Assembly (NCBI GenBank): GCA_049515895.1
Contig: JBEKTQ010000007.1
Location: forward strand, 32,001 to 96,000
From: Candidatus Bathyarchaeia archaeon
Lineage (GTDB): Archaea > Thermoproteota > Bathyarchaeia > Bathyarchaeales > Bathycorpusculaceae
Direction of reading: 5' to 3'
Length of the DNA stretch: 64,000 bases
Shown: in pieces, positions 29,441 to 39,371 of the stretch
Layout: the number at the start of each line of letters is the position of its first letter
Position numbering within the stretch: the stretch's first letter is position 1
Notes under the pieces: generated by a model
Databases searched by the model: none
What the model saw: only the letters and a program-made list of their open reading frames with translations
Told to the model about the DNA's origin: nothing
Translations under genes and position numbers: made by a program

Positions 29441-29731
29441 CAGCGACGAATTTGGCTGTGATGCCAGCGGCTGGCGCAACTAAACCCGTATTCTATTTTT
29501 TGGACTTTCCACGTATCAGCAGTTGCAACCCTTGAAGTAAAAAAGTTAATCTGAAAATGCCCTCAGAGCCCTTATGGAAAAACGATTATATAACTTAATC
29601 ACGACGAGAAACAAGTATTATTTATCGCTCTTGGCTCTCTGCACGGGCTGCGCCCGGGATTCTCTCCGAGTGAAGCAGTACATCAACGACGAGGGAAGTA
29701 ACCCCCAAAGATTTTTCCAACAGCCACACAT

Positions 29732-30331
29732 TCAATTTGCCAGTTGATACACATTTGCATTTGTTAGTTCATAAGCAGCTGTTGTAGTTCCATTTGAAAA
29801 CAATGAGGCAAAAGCGTTGGAAGTATCTTTAACTGAGAATGTTATGGTGAAGTTTTGAGGATTTCCTATGGGCATAATGTCAACGTATTTGTCTTGCATC
29901 CCAGATTGACCTTTAGTTTCAGAAAGAAAAGTAGCTGTTGTTCCGTTATGGGTTTGACCATCTGATTCTGAAGCCCAGTTAGGGGCGGTTATATTGTTTG
30001 ACCCATAATTCGAAAACCATGTTATATTCGCATTCTCAGTTGTGAGGACAAGCTGAAGAGATGTATCCATCTTGCCTGTATTTTCCCAACTTAAATCGAT
30101 TATCAGGGGTGTATTCGAATTCACATGAGTATATGTGCTTGGCATTATTGTGGTATAAATCGGACCATAGGGATTAAAATCCCACACCATGGGAACATAC
30201 GCATACCCTGTCATACCGTAATCAATTATTGGTCTTGACTCCCAAACAAAAACTGTCATAGCGATTAAAACTACAGCAATTATTACTGCAAAGGTCAAAA
30301 CAACTGTTCTCTTAGGAAGTGCTTTCATCAT
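29732..30331 (-). CDS. Hypothetical membrane-anchored secreted protein
   Basis: N-terminal TM, Asn/Thr-rich, several sequons. Confidence 0.65.
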   Translation of the reverse strand: MMKALPKRTVVLTFAVIIAVVLIAMTVFVWESRPIIDYGMTGYAYVPMVWDFNPYGPIYTTIMPSTYTHVNSNTPLIIDLSWENTGKMDTSLQLVLTTENANITWFSNYGSNNITAPNWASESDGQTHNGTTATFLSETKGQSGMQDKYVDIMPIGNPQNFTITFSVKDTSNAFASLFSNGTTTAAYELTNANVYQLAN

Positions 30332-30491
30332 TATCTCTACTACGTTGAGTAAGGTTGTTCTTAATTCTAACTAATAGAACACAGCTAAAACCTTCACAAT
30401 CTTTCCAACATTTGACATCTCAGCTTGTAAGTGAATGGCAAAACATAAATCACGCCTGCTTTGATACTCAATTTATGCGAAGGTAATTTGC

Positions 30492-30983
30492 ATGATAACC
30501 AGAGTAGCTGAGATGACTCTTGCCGGGCTTGCTCTGATTTCTTTGTTGTTTTTTGGCAGCTTTGCCTTGCTTTATCAAATTGCCACTCAATTATGTGAAT
30601 CCATCTTCATTGATTATAGTTGGCTTCTCAACAATATTCGGATTAGCGTTTGGGCTATTTTCTGGACGCTGGTTTACAAAGACCAGCTGAAAAGCTTAAC
30701 AACAAAAGGTGAATGGTTAGGGAAAGAATCAAAAAAATATTTATTTGCCACCATCGCTGGGCTTATGGTATTCCTGCTTGTTTCTTTCTCAGGGATCCTT
30801 CTCAATGCAGGCTCATCCCGCGGGTTTTTCGCAGTAGGCGAATTTTTCTTTGTTATTTCAGCAACCTTCACTTTGTACGTTGAAAGGATGATTCTTATTG
30901 GCAGATGGGAGAGGCAAACTAAAAGAACCATATGGGCGGATTGGAATCACTTTTTTGGAAGACTCTATGTCTCTTTTAGTTGA
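30492..30983 (+). CDS. Hypothetical membrane protein
   Basis: 163 aa with about four hydrophobic segments. Confidence 0.55.
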   Translation: MITRVAEMTLAGLALISLLFFGSFALLYQIATQLCESIFIDYSWLLNNIRISVWAIFWTLVYKDQLKSLTTKGEWLGKESKKYLFATIAGLMVFLLVSFSGILLNAGSSRGFFAVGEFFFVISATFTLYVERMILIGRWERQTKRTIWADWNHFFGRLYVSFS

Positions 30984-31016
30984 TCCAAAATAGTTAGTTT
31001 TCGTTTATCTCTAAAG

Positions 31017-32369
31017 TTAGTGCTGTTGACTTGTGGACTTAGTTTTCAATCTCCTTCTAAACATTAAGAAAACCGCTACGGCAACTACAGCGACGACAAT
31101 CAATCCGCCTACTATGATGAAAAGTGTGTTAGACGAAGTAGGCGAGCCAATTGCATAGAAATTGCCGTCCTGAGACCCAATATAGACTACGCCATTAAAG
31201 ATAGCTGGCGAAGAGTTTATCTGGTTTTGAGTAGGAAAAACCCACACTTGAGACCCCGTCGTGGCGTTAAGGGCATAAACATCCTCATAACCCCCCACAT
31301 AAACCACCCCTTCTGCAACAGCGGCAGAGGACAAAATGCGAGGAATATTGGCTTTCCATATTTGCGTGCCCGTTGAAGCGTTAAGAGCATACATGACGCC
31401 ATCCACCGAACCCACATAAACTACTCCATTAACTACTGCGGGAGAAGCTTGAACCCCATAATAGTAGCCTCCTGCATACAAGTTGGTTGGGTAGGTGTAG
31501 AAACTCCATACTTTGGCACCCGTTGATGCGTTAAGAGCGTAAATGTTGCCACCTACGGAGCCCACATAAACAATTCCTTCACTAACGGAAGGCGAAGACG
31601 TTACTCGGTTGCCCGTTGTGTAGAGGGGTTGGATGCTTGTTGTGTAGTTCCAAATTTTGGCGCCTGTTAAGGCATTAAGCGCATAAACGTTGCCATCGTC
31701 TGAGCCCACATAAACAACTCCGTTTACGACCGCAGGTGAAGACTCAATCTCGCCTCCAGAAGTGTAGTTCCACAATTTAGTGCCCGTTGAAGCGTTGAGA
31801 GCGTAAACATTGCTGTCGAGTGAGCCTATGTAAACTACACCGTTGACCATGTCTGGTGAAGAATCAATCCTGTCGCCAATTGGGTAGCTCCATATTTTGG
31901 CGCCTGTTGAAGCGTTAAAGGCACAAACGTTGTTGCCTGCACCGATATACAGCACGTTTCCAGACACAGCAGGAGACGAATACACTGCGCTGTTGATTGA
32001 ATAATTCCATATTTTGACGCCTATATAGGCGTTAAAAGCATAAATAACGCCGCTGTTGCCGTTATTATAAAGTGGATTTGCGCTGTTATTCCAATTAGAC
32101 CCAACATATACTACTCCGTTAACAATGGCTGCGGAGGAACCGATTTGGCTGCCATCAAAATGTCCTTCAACGTAGCTCCAAAGCTTAACAGGTTGTACGG
32201 GTCCAGTGTTATTTGTAGCACCTGTATGTGCAGAGTTATTAAGGAACATCGACCAATCTCCAGAAGACTGCTTAGCATCCACTTTTGGCGCTAAAGCTAA
32301 AAACATTGATAAACACAAAATAGCAATAAACGCAAACGCTAATGTTCCTAGGTTTCTTTTCTTTTTCAT
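31017..32369 (-). CDS. Secreted PQQ-type (BamB-like) beta-propeller protein with a C-terminal anchor
   Basis: About 7-8 repeats of SSPAV.NGVVYVGS.DG.VYALNA.TG..IW; signal peptide; TM plus RRR. Confidence 0.92.
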   Translation of the reverse strand: MKKKRNLGTLAFAFIAILCLSMFLALAPKVDAKQSSGDWSMFLNNSAHTGATNNTGPVQPVKLWSYVEGHFDGSQIGSSAAIVNGVVYVGSNWNNSANPLYNNGNSGVIYAFNAYIGVKIWNYSINSAVYSSPAVSGNVLYIGAGNNVCAFNASTGAKIWSYPIGDRIDSSPDMVNGVVYIGSLDSNVYALNASTGTKLWNYTSGGEIESSPAVVNGVVYVGSDDGNVYALNALTGAKIWNYTTSIQPLYTTGNRVTSSPSVSEGIVYVGSVGGNIYALNASTGAKVWSFYTYPTNLYAGGYYYGVQASPAVVNGVVYVGSVDGVMYALNASTGTQIWKANIPRILSSAAVAEGVVYVGGYEDVYALNATTGSQVWVFPTQNQINSSPAIFNGVVYIGSQDGNFYAIGSPTSSNTLFIIVGGLIVVAVVAVAVFLMFRRRLKTKSTSQQH

Positions 32370-32640
32370 TCGTTTTCCAATTTGCTATGGCTGTTGAAGC
32401 GATAAAAGAGTTATCGTCAAGGATTCTTGACTAAAGGTTTCTTGACAAAGCTTGACCATTGAGTTTCTGGATAGGAAGAATCATTTTTTTTGATTTTTTG
32501 GCTTGAAAAATGGTTCATCATGGACTTTGATTCAATAACGAAGGAAGTTTCTCCATGGTTTTTTTGGTGTTGATTAGTAATCCCAAGCAATCCACAATTA
32601 TATAACATGTTTCCTGCTTCTTCTGCCAAGGTTTATCAAT

Positions 32641-33051
32641 TTGGATATTAGGCTTCAAGTTTTCGAGTATTATACGGATGACAATAGTGGGCGAAAAAAC
32701 TTTCGCTTCGCTGTTGTTAACAGTATTAAGTCCAAGAGTTATCCTCAGAATTTTGTTTGCATGCTACCTTCACAATTCGGAAAAGGAAAAGTAGATAGTG
32801 CGTTCCTTAAGTTATTCGGAGACAGAAGCTGGGAACAAGCCAAATCCTTGTTGAAAGCCGCTCGGGAGCAGGAAGATGATTCTGAAATTAAAGCAGAAAT
32901 TGAGAGAAGACTCAAACTACTTGAGCCTAAAGGAGCTAATCAAATAAAGTGCAGTAGCTGCGGAAAACTCTTTCAGCCCAGACGAATAAAAAGGTTCAAG
33001 AACAATTTTTGCGGAGAATGCATGAAGAAAAAGTTTGGAGACCGAGTATAG
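32641..33051 (+). CDS. Hypothetical protein with a C-terminal Zn ribbon
   Basis: CSSCGK..FCGEC. Confidence 0.7.
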   Translation: MDIRLQVFEYYTDDNSGRKNFRFAVVNSIKSKSYPQNFVCMLPSQFGKGKVDSAFLKLFGDRSWEQAKSLLKAAREQEDDSEIKAEIERRLKLLEPKGANQIKCSSCGKLFQPRRIKRFKNNFCGECMKKKFGDRV

Positions 33052-33152
33052 AGTAGGCTTCTATGCTTTAAGCTGATATAATCAAATGGATATGTTTTTC
33101 ACTACACACATATCGTTAATTCTGATTTCAAATTAGTAATAAGACGATTGGT

Positions 33153-33428
33153 ATGAGGCGTTCTAAAATAGAAATGTACGTTGACATCCTTACAGTTCTG
33201 ACCAATAGAGGACCACTAAATCTAACACACGTCAGTTATCAAGCAAATGTTAACTGCTCTATCCTAAAAGAGCGCCTTGACTTTCTCATTAAACAAGGTT
33301 TAGTAGAAGAAGGCGCAGTAAGGAAACAGCGTGTAGTTTACGGTGTTACACAACGTGGAATGACCGTTCTGAAATCCTTTAAAGAACTAAAACAGGTGCT
33401 ACCCATGGTAGAGGAAGAGGAAGCATGA
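33153..33428 (+). CDS. Winged-helix regulator (HTH_45-like)
   Basis: MRRSK.E...DIL, ANVN...L...L.FL...GL, T.RG. Confidence 0.88.
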   Translation: MRRSKIEMYVDILTVLTNRGPLNLTHVSYQANVNCSILKERLDFLIKQGLVEEGAVRKQRVVYGVTQRGMTVLKSFKELKQVLPMVEEEEA

Positions 33429-33543
33429 AACCAAGCAGCAATACCCTACTGAACATCCTACCCGTTTCATTTTATGCAACTTTTTTAATGCTCAAAAGTC
33501 TTAAATCTACAAGTTACAGAATAAAATTATTCAGGGTTTTGTA

Positions 33544-33891
33544 TTGGACCCACAAGAAGTTGCTGTCGCTTTAGAAAAGACTTACGTGCTTGTTGTACGA
33601 GTGGTTAATTTTCAAAGAAATAAACCAATCAAGAATGTTAACGTTAAAGTTTTCATATTGGAAAAGGCACCAATAACGCTCCAACAATGGGCTGAAAATC
33701 TCAAAAATGGAGCCCCATTTAAAAAGTTGATACTCTCGATGAATACCGACAATGATGGTAACGTAACTGCTGAACTTGCAGAGGGCTCTTATGAAGTGAA
33801 AGTCGAAAAATACGGTTTAAATAAACCCTTTGAATTAACGCAAAATGACAGAGTTCTCTTTATTGAACCGAAAAAGCATTGGTGGCAATAA
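33544..33891 (+). CDS. Hypothetical protein, possible transthyretin/Cna-B-like fold
   Basis: PI.NV.V.V..TD.DG.V...L.EG.Y.V.VEKYG. Confidence 0.6.
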   Translation: MDPQEVAVALEKTYVLVVRVVNFQRNKPIKNVNVKVFILEKAPITLQQWAENLKNGAPFKKLILSMNTDNDGNVTAELAEGSYEVKVEKYGLNKPFELTQNDRVLFIEPKKHWWQ

Positions 33892-34343
33892 GTCTTGAAT
33901 CTGCACAGGGTAGAATAGCCTAAAGAGAAAAAGGTGGTCGTAGTATTCTCAATTACATTTTTTTCCATAATAGGATAAATCGCCTTTGAAACCTTCGATT
34001 AAATTTCCTACTGCAGCTTGAGATTGTAAGAAAGAATCTATATATGCCGTATCACTTAAGAATTCGACCAATGGTTCAATAACCTCTTCAAATGATAATT
34101 TCTTCTTGCCTTGAACCTTTTCGGGTAAATATTGTTTAAAACTAAGATGGAAGAGGGAAAATTCTATTCAATAACAGAAATGAGCCACATGTTAGTTGGA
34201 ATCCGACTTTTTGAGGAAGATAAATGATATTGGATTGAAGCCGACTTGAAGTAGTATATTTCTTGGTGGTTCTTGTCGTATGTGTTGCCCTATTTTTCGG
34301 TCTGTTCGTGAGTATAGGAGTTACTGACGCTGTAATCTTAACT

Positions 34344-34721
34344 TTAATCGTTGCTTTCATTACGGTTCTCTTTGGCTACATTTTGTTCGTCAGAAGTGGT
34401 TGTTTCGTCATTCAGATCAACTTCGTTCTTTTCCCTAACGCAACCGCTGGGTCTGTAAACTAAAACCAATTCCTCGCATACTCTGCCTTCGAGCTTGCCC
34501 AATTCTGTACACATTCTGCTTTTGACTTCATCCTCTGGCACGGTACAAGTTCTAATAGTGGCTTTCTCTAATCTTAACAAGGTGCCATCATTCTTTTCAA
34601 TATACGTTTTGATTTTAACTTCGCCAATTCTTTCTCCTGCTTCCTGCCCCATAAATAATCTTCCTTTCTCGACTTTCTCTTCCATTTCTTTGGGCCTTCC
34701 CCAAACCCTTTGGACCCACAT
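34344..34721 (-). CDS. Hypothetical protein
   Basis: 125-aa ORF with an upstream TATA-like element. Confidence 0.45.
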   Translation of the reverse strand: MWVQRVWGRPKEMEEKVEKGRLFMGQEAGERIGEVKIKTYIEKNDGTLLRLEKATIRTCTVPEDEVKSRMCTELGKLEGRVCEELVLVYRPSGCVREKNEVDLNDETTTSDEQNVAKENRNESND

Positions 34722-34960
34722 ATCCTATTATTAACTAATAATAAGAAAGGTAAGCCTATTAGTTTAACGCGAAAAGTGAGTTTTGAAAGAGAACTTCCTT
34801 GTTAAGAAAAGGCATGTTCTTCAAGACATTTTGGAATTAGTTCATGAATTTTATGTGGCAACCGTAAGTATCTTGTATAAGACTGACTGGCTAGGGGTTG
34901 TAGGTTTTTCATACTTCTTTTTTGATTGTTAAATGTTGTGTCAAGATGTGACAACATAAG

Positions 34961-34989
34961 GTAATATACTGTACAGTATAGTATATTAC
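34961..34989. promoter_or_regulatory. Inverted repeat (candidate operator) upstream of a small Zn-ribbon gene
   Basis: GTAATATACTGTAC-A-GTATAGTATATTAC; 14-bp arms, one mismatch. Confidence 0.6.
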
Positions 34990-35007
34990 GATAAGAGATA
35001 ATCTAAA

Positions 35008-35133
35008 GTGACTGAATGCCCTTGCTGTCATAAAGAAGTTTCAAAACCTCAAACGCTTTTACAGAACAGCTATTTCGTCATCGAAGCCTATACTTGTAAT
35101 GAATGTAAGGGCAAATTCAAGATAATAAAATAA
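35008..35133 (+). CDS. 41-aa Zn-ribbon microprotein (not in the ORF track)
   Basis: MTECPCCHKEVSKPQTLLQNSYFVIEAYTCNECKGKFKIIK*. Confidence 0.7.
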   Translation: MTECPCCHKEVSKPQTLLQNSYFVIEAYTCNECKGKFKIIK

Positions 35134-35141
35134 CTTCTGTT

Positions 35142-35354
35142 CTACGGCTTAAAAATAATCAAGTAATCCTTGTTCTCTTCAAGAGAGAACTTTCTATTTT
35201 TCAGTAATAACTCAATTTCTTCGCGGTCATAATCGCCTTTAATCTGTAATTGGTGACTGTCAGGGGTTCTTTGTTTGATGAGAACGAAAGTGGGTTGTAT
35301 TAAATGCTCTGTACCTAATTCCTTCAATAGAGCAACAGCTTCTTTCCTATCCAA
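35142..35354 (-). CDS. Small hypothetical protein
   Basis: MDRKEAVALLKEL..LIIFKP; GAGGGG RBS-like element upstream. Confidence 0.7.
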   Translation of the reverse strand: MDRKEAVALLKELGTEHLIQPTFVLIKQRTPDSHQLQIKGDYDREEIELLLKNRKFSLEENKDYLIIFKP

Positions 35355-35605
35355 CAGGTTACCCCTCAGTCGATCGACTTATGAACGTACAAGACTAATA
35401 ACGCTTTGCTATGTACTTTACAGTAACTTAGTTCAAGTTTTCATTGATGATAAGTCTTAAATCTGAATAGCGTAGAAATAGCCTATCATGGAATAACAAT
35501 CGAAGGCGAAAACAAATGGAAAACACTAATACAAAACGCTGCAAAAACAGCTTAAGGGGTAATTATGTTTTGATTTTTTCGGTTTTTCTGTTTAGTCGCT
35601 AATCT

Positions 35606-35794
35606 TTAAGTTTTTTCGATTAATTGACTCGCTTCAAAGACACAGATTATATCGGTGCTTTGCTTTATGCTGTCACAGTCAATCAGGTGTGCTGTTCCGT
35701 CTGGGCAGTAGACTTTGTCACCTTTTAAAGTTTTTTTGTATCGTACACTGCATTCCTTAAGCATGATACAGCCATCGCAATCTCTTGAAAGCAT
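35606..35794 (-). CDS. Small Cys-rich protein
   Basis: CDGC..C..YCPDG..H; GAGGTG RBS upstream. Confidence 0.65.
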   Translation of the reverse strand: MLSRDCDGCIMLKECSVRYKKTLKGDKVYCPDGTAHLIDCDSIKQSTDIICVFEASQLIEKT

Positions 35795-36324
35795 TCTTTT
35801 TTCACCTCTACTTATGTTCGGAAGCAGAGAGTATCCGTGGGGGAGCTAATATAGCTTCTCTTAATAATCTATATATAAATTAACACATAAACAAGTGTCC
35901 CACGAAACTTAACACCGCGGTTTACACCGAAAACCTATCCAACAAGTTACTCCTCACTCCACTTGTGAACGTACAAGACTAATAGCTTGGATACAATAGA
36001 CCAAAATCGATAGGTAATGAATAATAGTTAAGTTTCCAGAGTAATCAAAATAAATAAGAAAAAGCATTGTCATCAAGGCTTTTTGGACTTAGTTCATGGA
36101 TTTAAATGTGATTTCAAACTAAAATTTGCGTAGCTCTATTTCATGGCTAAAAAGTGTGAGAAGATATCTAAGTGACATTTAAAACAACATTACACCTGCA
36201 AGATAACACAGATTCCTTCAGGTTAACGCTCTATTTTTTGGTGGAAAAATGGATTTATTAGTGACTTAGACTTTCGAGACAACCCTTAAACCTGCAAATC
36301 TAATAATATTATTTTGGGATTGGT

Positions 36325-36837
36325 ATGGAAGACGAAGTGGTGATCGTAGAAGTTAAACCCAAGATGTTTAATATTACAAACGAACCGGGCAAAAGCACCT
36401 TCAGGCTTTGTTACAAAAAAGAACTTTATGAAGTTAATCAACCAATAACCAAAAAACCAGAATACTTAGCTATCAGAGCCCCAGCAGGCGTCTGGATAGA
36501 GATGCTGTTTGCGATTGACCAAGTCAAATCAAACTTTCAAAAAGGACAAATTGTTCCCCAAGGATGTCCAATGAAAGTTAGCATCCCGCTTAGAATGAAG
36601 GATAGAACGTCAACATGGCACAAAATCTGGTACACATCCTTCAGAACTTTGCTAACTCACAGTTCATCTGAAGAGTTTGGCGAGGAGAAATCAAAGCCTA
36701 TCACACAAGTAATCATTGAAGATGACCGGATTCTCTGCAACGGATATGAATGCAAGCATTTCAGCTACTGCAAGTACTTTAACCATTCACCGAGTGCTGT
36801 TATAAGTACTGTACCTAAAACAGATTATTCAAGTTAA
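36325..36837 (+). CDS. Hypothetical protein with a C-terminal Cys cluster
   Basis: 170 aa; C-x4-C-x5-C. Confidence 0.6.
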   Translation: MEDEVVIVEVKPKMFNITNEPGKSTFRLCYKKELYEVNQPITKKPEYLAIRAPAGVWIEMLFAIDQVKSNFQKGQIVPQGCPMKVSIPLRMKDRTSTWHKIWYTSFRTLLTHSSSEEFGEEKSKPITQVIIEDDRILCNGYECKHFSYCKYFNHSPSAVISTVPKTDYSS

Positions 36838-36899
36838 ATAATATGGTAGGTGCCACGCTATTCTTTTATTGTTGCCCTGCTATTTGAATTCTGATATAG

Positions 36900-38045
36900 A
36901 TGAAAAGGCTGTATGTGTACGCATTAGCCCTTCTGCTTGTTGTCTTGTTGCTTGGTTTGGTTATAGAATTTTACATTACAAATCACGCGGCGACAGCTTC
37001 TCCGAATGTTTCTGTTGGCATTGACGCTGCTTTCTCAGGCGTAGCAAACGTTGAGGAACTTGTTAACGAGGTTAAATCATACACGAACTTTTTTGTCATC
37101 GGCAGCACTGTAATCACCTATAACATGTCCGAACTCAATCAGACTTGCCAGTACCTCAATGATAGCGGACTCTGCTTTGCGCCTTTCATGCACATTAATC
37201 CTGAAGCTTTCAATCAGACGCAGTGGGTAATTCAAGCCCAGCAGAATTGGGGAAGCCATTTCTGGGGTTTGTTCCCTTATGATGAGGCTGGAGGTGCACA
37301 AATAGATAAGGCAAGATCTTCAGTTGAAAATGGCAACATATCCCTTATGCTTGTACAAGAAGCTGCCAACTATACAGATGCGGCTGATAAATTCGTGTCA
37401 AACTTAAGCGGTGATTTGGCACCGTTCAAGTTTAACGATGTTCCCTTGATGACCTCTGATTATGCTCTCTATGAATTTGATTACAGAGCAGGCTACAATG
37501 TAGTCTTAGCTGAGCTCGGGTATAACTTGAGCAAGCCACTACAAGTAGCGCTATGCAGGGGAGCAGCCACAATGCACAACGATGATTGGGGCGTCATAAT
37601 AACTTGGACTTACGGACAACCGCCCTATTTAGAAAACGGAAGCCAACTTTTCGACGACATGGTATACGCTTACCAAAGTGGAGCAAAATACATACTCGTA
37701 TTTGACAGCAACCTAAATTACACTCAAAATGTTCTGCAACAAGGACAACTCGATGCTATGAAGCAATTCTGGAATTACATAAAGGCAAATCCGAGAGAAG
37801 AAAACAATGTTCAGGACAGAGTAGCTTTTGTGCTTCCAGCAAATTACGGATACGGTTTTCGAGGACCAAACGACACTATTTGGGGTTTATGGTCTGCAGA
37901 CAACCTCTCAGCAAACATATGGAACAACGTCACCAGTTTGTTCGAGCAATACAAAACAAATATTGATGTAATCTACGAAGACGATCTACAATTCAGCATA
38001 AGCAATTACAGCAAACTAATATTTTGGAACGGGACAGTAATTTAA
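36900..38045 (+). CDS. Membrane-anchored extracellular protein, paralog of 25934..27259
   Basis: VKSYTNFF, YDEAGG.QID, TSDYALY, AELGYN, GAA, WG.IITW.Y, GAKYI, LP.NYGYG.R. Confidence 0.8.
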   Translation: MKRLYVYALALLLVVLLLGLVIEFYITNHAATASPNVSVGIDAAFSGVANVEELVNEVKSYTNFFVIGSTVITYNMSELNQTCQYLNDSGLCFAPFMHINPEAFNQTQWVIQAQQNWGSHFWGLFPYDEAGGAQIDKARSSVENGNISLMLVQEAANYTDAADKFVSNLSGDLAPFKFNDVPLMTSDYALYEFDYRAGYNVVLAELGYNLSKPLQVALCRGAATMHNDDWGVIITWTYGQPPYLENGSQLFDDMVYAYQSGAKYILVFDSNLNYTQNVLQQGQLDAMKQFWNYIKANPREENNVQDRVAFVLPANYGYGFRGPNDTIWGLWSADNLSANIWNNVTSLFEQYKTNIDVIYEDDLQFSISNYSKLIFWNGTVI

Positions 38046-38223
38046 AAAAATTATTTCCATTAAATGAATAGCTTAGCTTTATAGCAATATTCTTTGATTG
38101 CTGTTTGACGCTATTTCTCTCGCTAAGCTGGAGCCTTCGACCTTGTTGAGGTGAAATGAAACTTGAAAAATCGCAGTTTTTGCTATAGCTCTGCTATTGA
38201 AACCCAAAAGGAATTAAACAGAC

Positions 38224-38391
38224 TCAAGGAATTTCTGTTTTATTGTCACGTAGAGCTAACCAGCGTTTAAACTCTAGTCCAGTACACTTGCCTTTCCTCA
38301 GCCAGTTGTCACCGTACTTCTCGTTCAGCCTTTCATCGTAGGACCTAAAAGTTTCTGATTCAGTTACTTCTATGCTATTTCTTTTCTTCAA
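38224..38391 (-). CDS. 55-aa hypothetical protein (not in the ORF track)
   Basis: MKKRNSIEVTESETFRSYDERLNEKYGDNWLRKGKCTGLEFKRWLALRDNKTEIP*. Confidence 0.4.
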   Translation of the reverse strand: MKKRNSIEVTESETFRSYDERLNEKYGDNWLRKGKCTGLEFKRWLALRDNKTEIP

Positions 38392-38540
38392 TTATTAATA
38401 GCTCCAGTTTGACTCTTATACATGTCTCCGCTTAAAGTTAAGCCTAACTGCTAACATCGAAAAGGAGGGTCAGTGACTTTCAAACGAGGCACGCTAAACC
38501 TCCAAATCACACTCAGAATTTTTCCGAAATTATGGTGATT

Positions 38541-38753
38541 TTACAAACGATTTTGAGGAATCCAAAAGAATGGTGAATTTGTCTGTTGAACCACTTCCAG
38601 CTTTCCGCCACACATAGGGCATTCTAAGGGTGATTTCTTCTGAAAATATATTAGTTCCACCCAACATGTGTAGCAAAAGTAAATCTGACATTTTAGGCAC
38701 CACTTAAAGCCTCCTCCAATCATCCTACCGCAATCATCACAAGGTTTGTTAAA
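38541..38753 (-). CDS. Small RING-like protein with four CxxC pairs; start unresolved
   Basis: The frame extends 10 codons upstream of 38723: FNKPCDDCGRMIGGGFKWCLKCQIYFCYTCW..ECPMCGG. Confidence 0.65.
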   Translation of the reverse strand, partial: FNKPCDDCGRMIGGGFKWCLKCQIYFCYTCWVELIYFQKKSPLECPMCGGKLEVVQQTNSPFFWIPQNRL

Positions 38754-39294
38754 TCAACCATAATTAGCGTTCTTCCATGTGATGCATGAGTTAGTGTTTG
38801 TCTTATCGGAGACGCTACAATCTCCTTATAGTTAAAGGGAGGCAGTACCCTTTGGGCGAAACATAATGGAGGGCAAAGTAACTTGGATAAGTGATAAGCG
38901 CAGACACCCCGAAAGATACAAAGAAGAAAACGAAACCTACCCGCAAGCGTTAATCAATGTAGAGAATGGGCTCAAATGTATTCCGTCAAGGTTATCAAAG
39001 TAGAGGATTTACCTGAATTTTGCTCCCCTATTTCTGGCAATAAGCTAATCGAATTTTGTGACGAACTATGCAAGCAACGAAGCTCTGAAAAAGCATGCCT
39101 AAAACTGGAGCAATTGAAAGGAAGAGATTCCCGAAAACGTTTTAGATTTTAAAGCCACCTAAGCCGCGACAAGGCTAATTCATCTAAAGCCCACTCAGAC
39201 TCAAAGGTTATACCGGGTTTTTGAATATCTTTACAATGTTTTAGTCAACTGAAAGAATTTTTCCAAAGGAAAGAAATTGTAAAATTGAACTTAC

Positions 39295-39371
39295 TTAACG
39301 TGTGATTAACCAAAAAAAGGAGGAAGCGGGTGACATCTCCACTGGTAGGTGGTTCAAATCCAACACCTTGC
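39295..39371 (+). ncRNA. Candidate structured RNA, copy 2
   Basis: TGTGATTAACC-N17-GGTGACATCTCCACTGGTA-GGTGG-TTCAAAT-CCAAC-ACCTTGC; aligns with 7886-7953. Confidence 0.5.

Noticed and set aside
31180-32110. About 120-bp DNA repeats as a DGR or mobile repeat
   Set aside because: Explained by beta-propeller blades; no reverse transcriptase nearby
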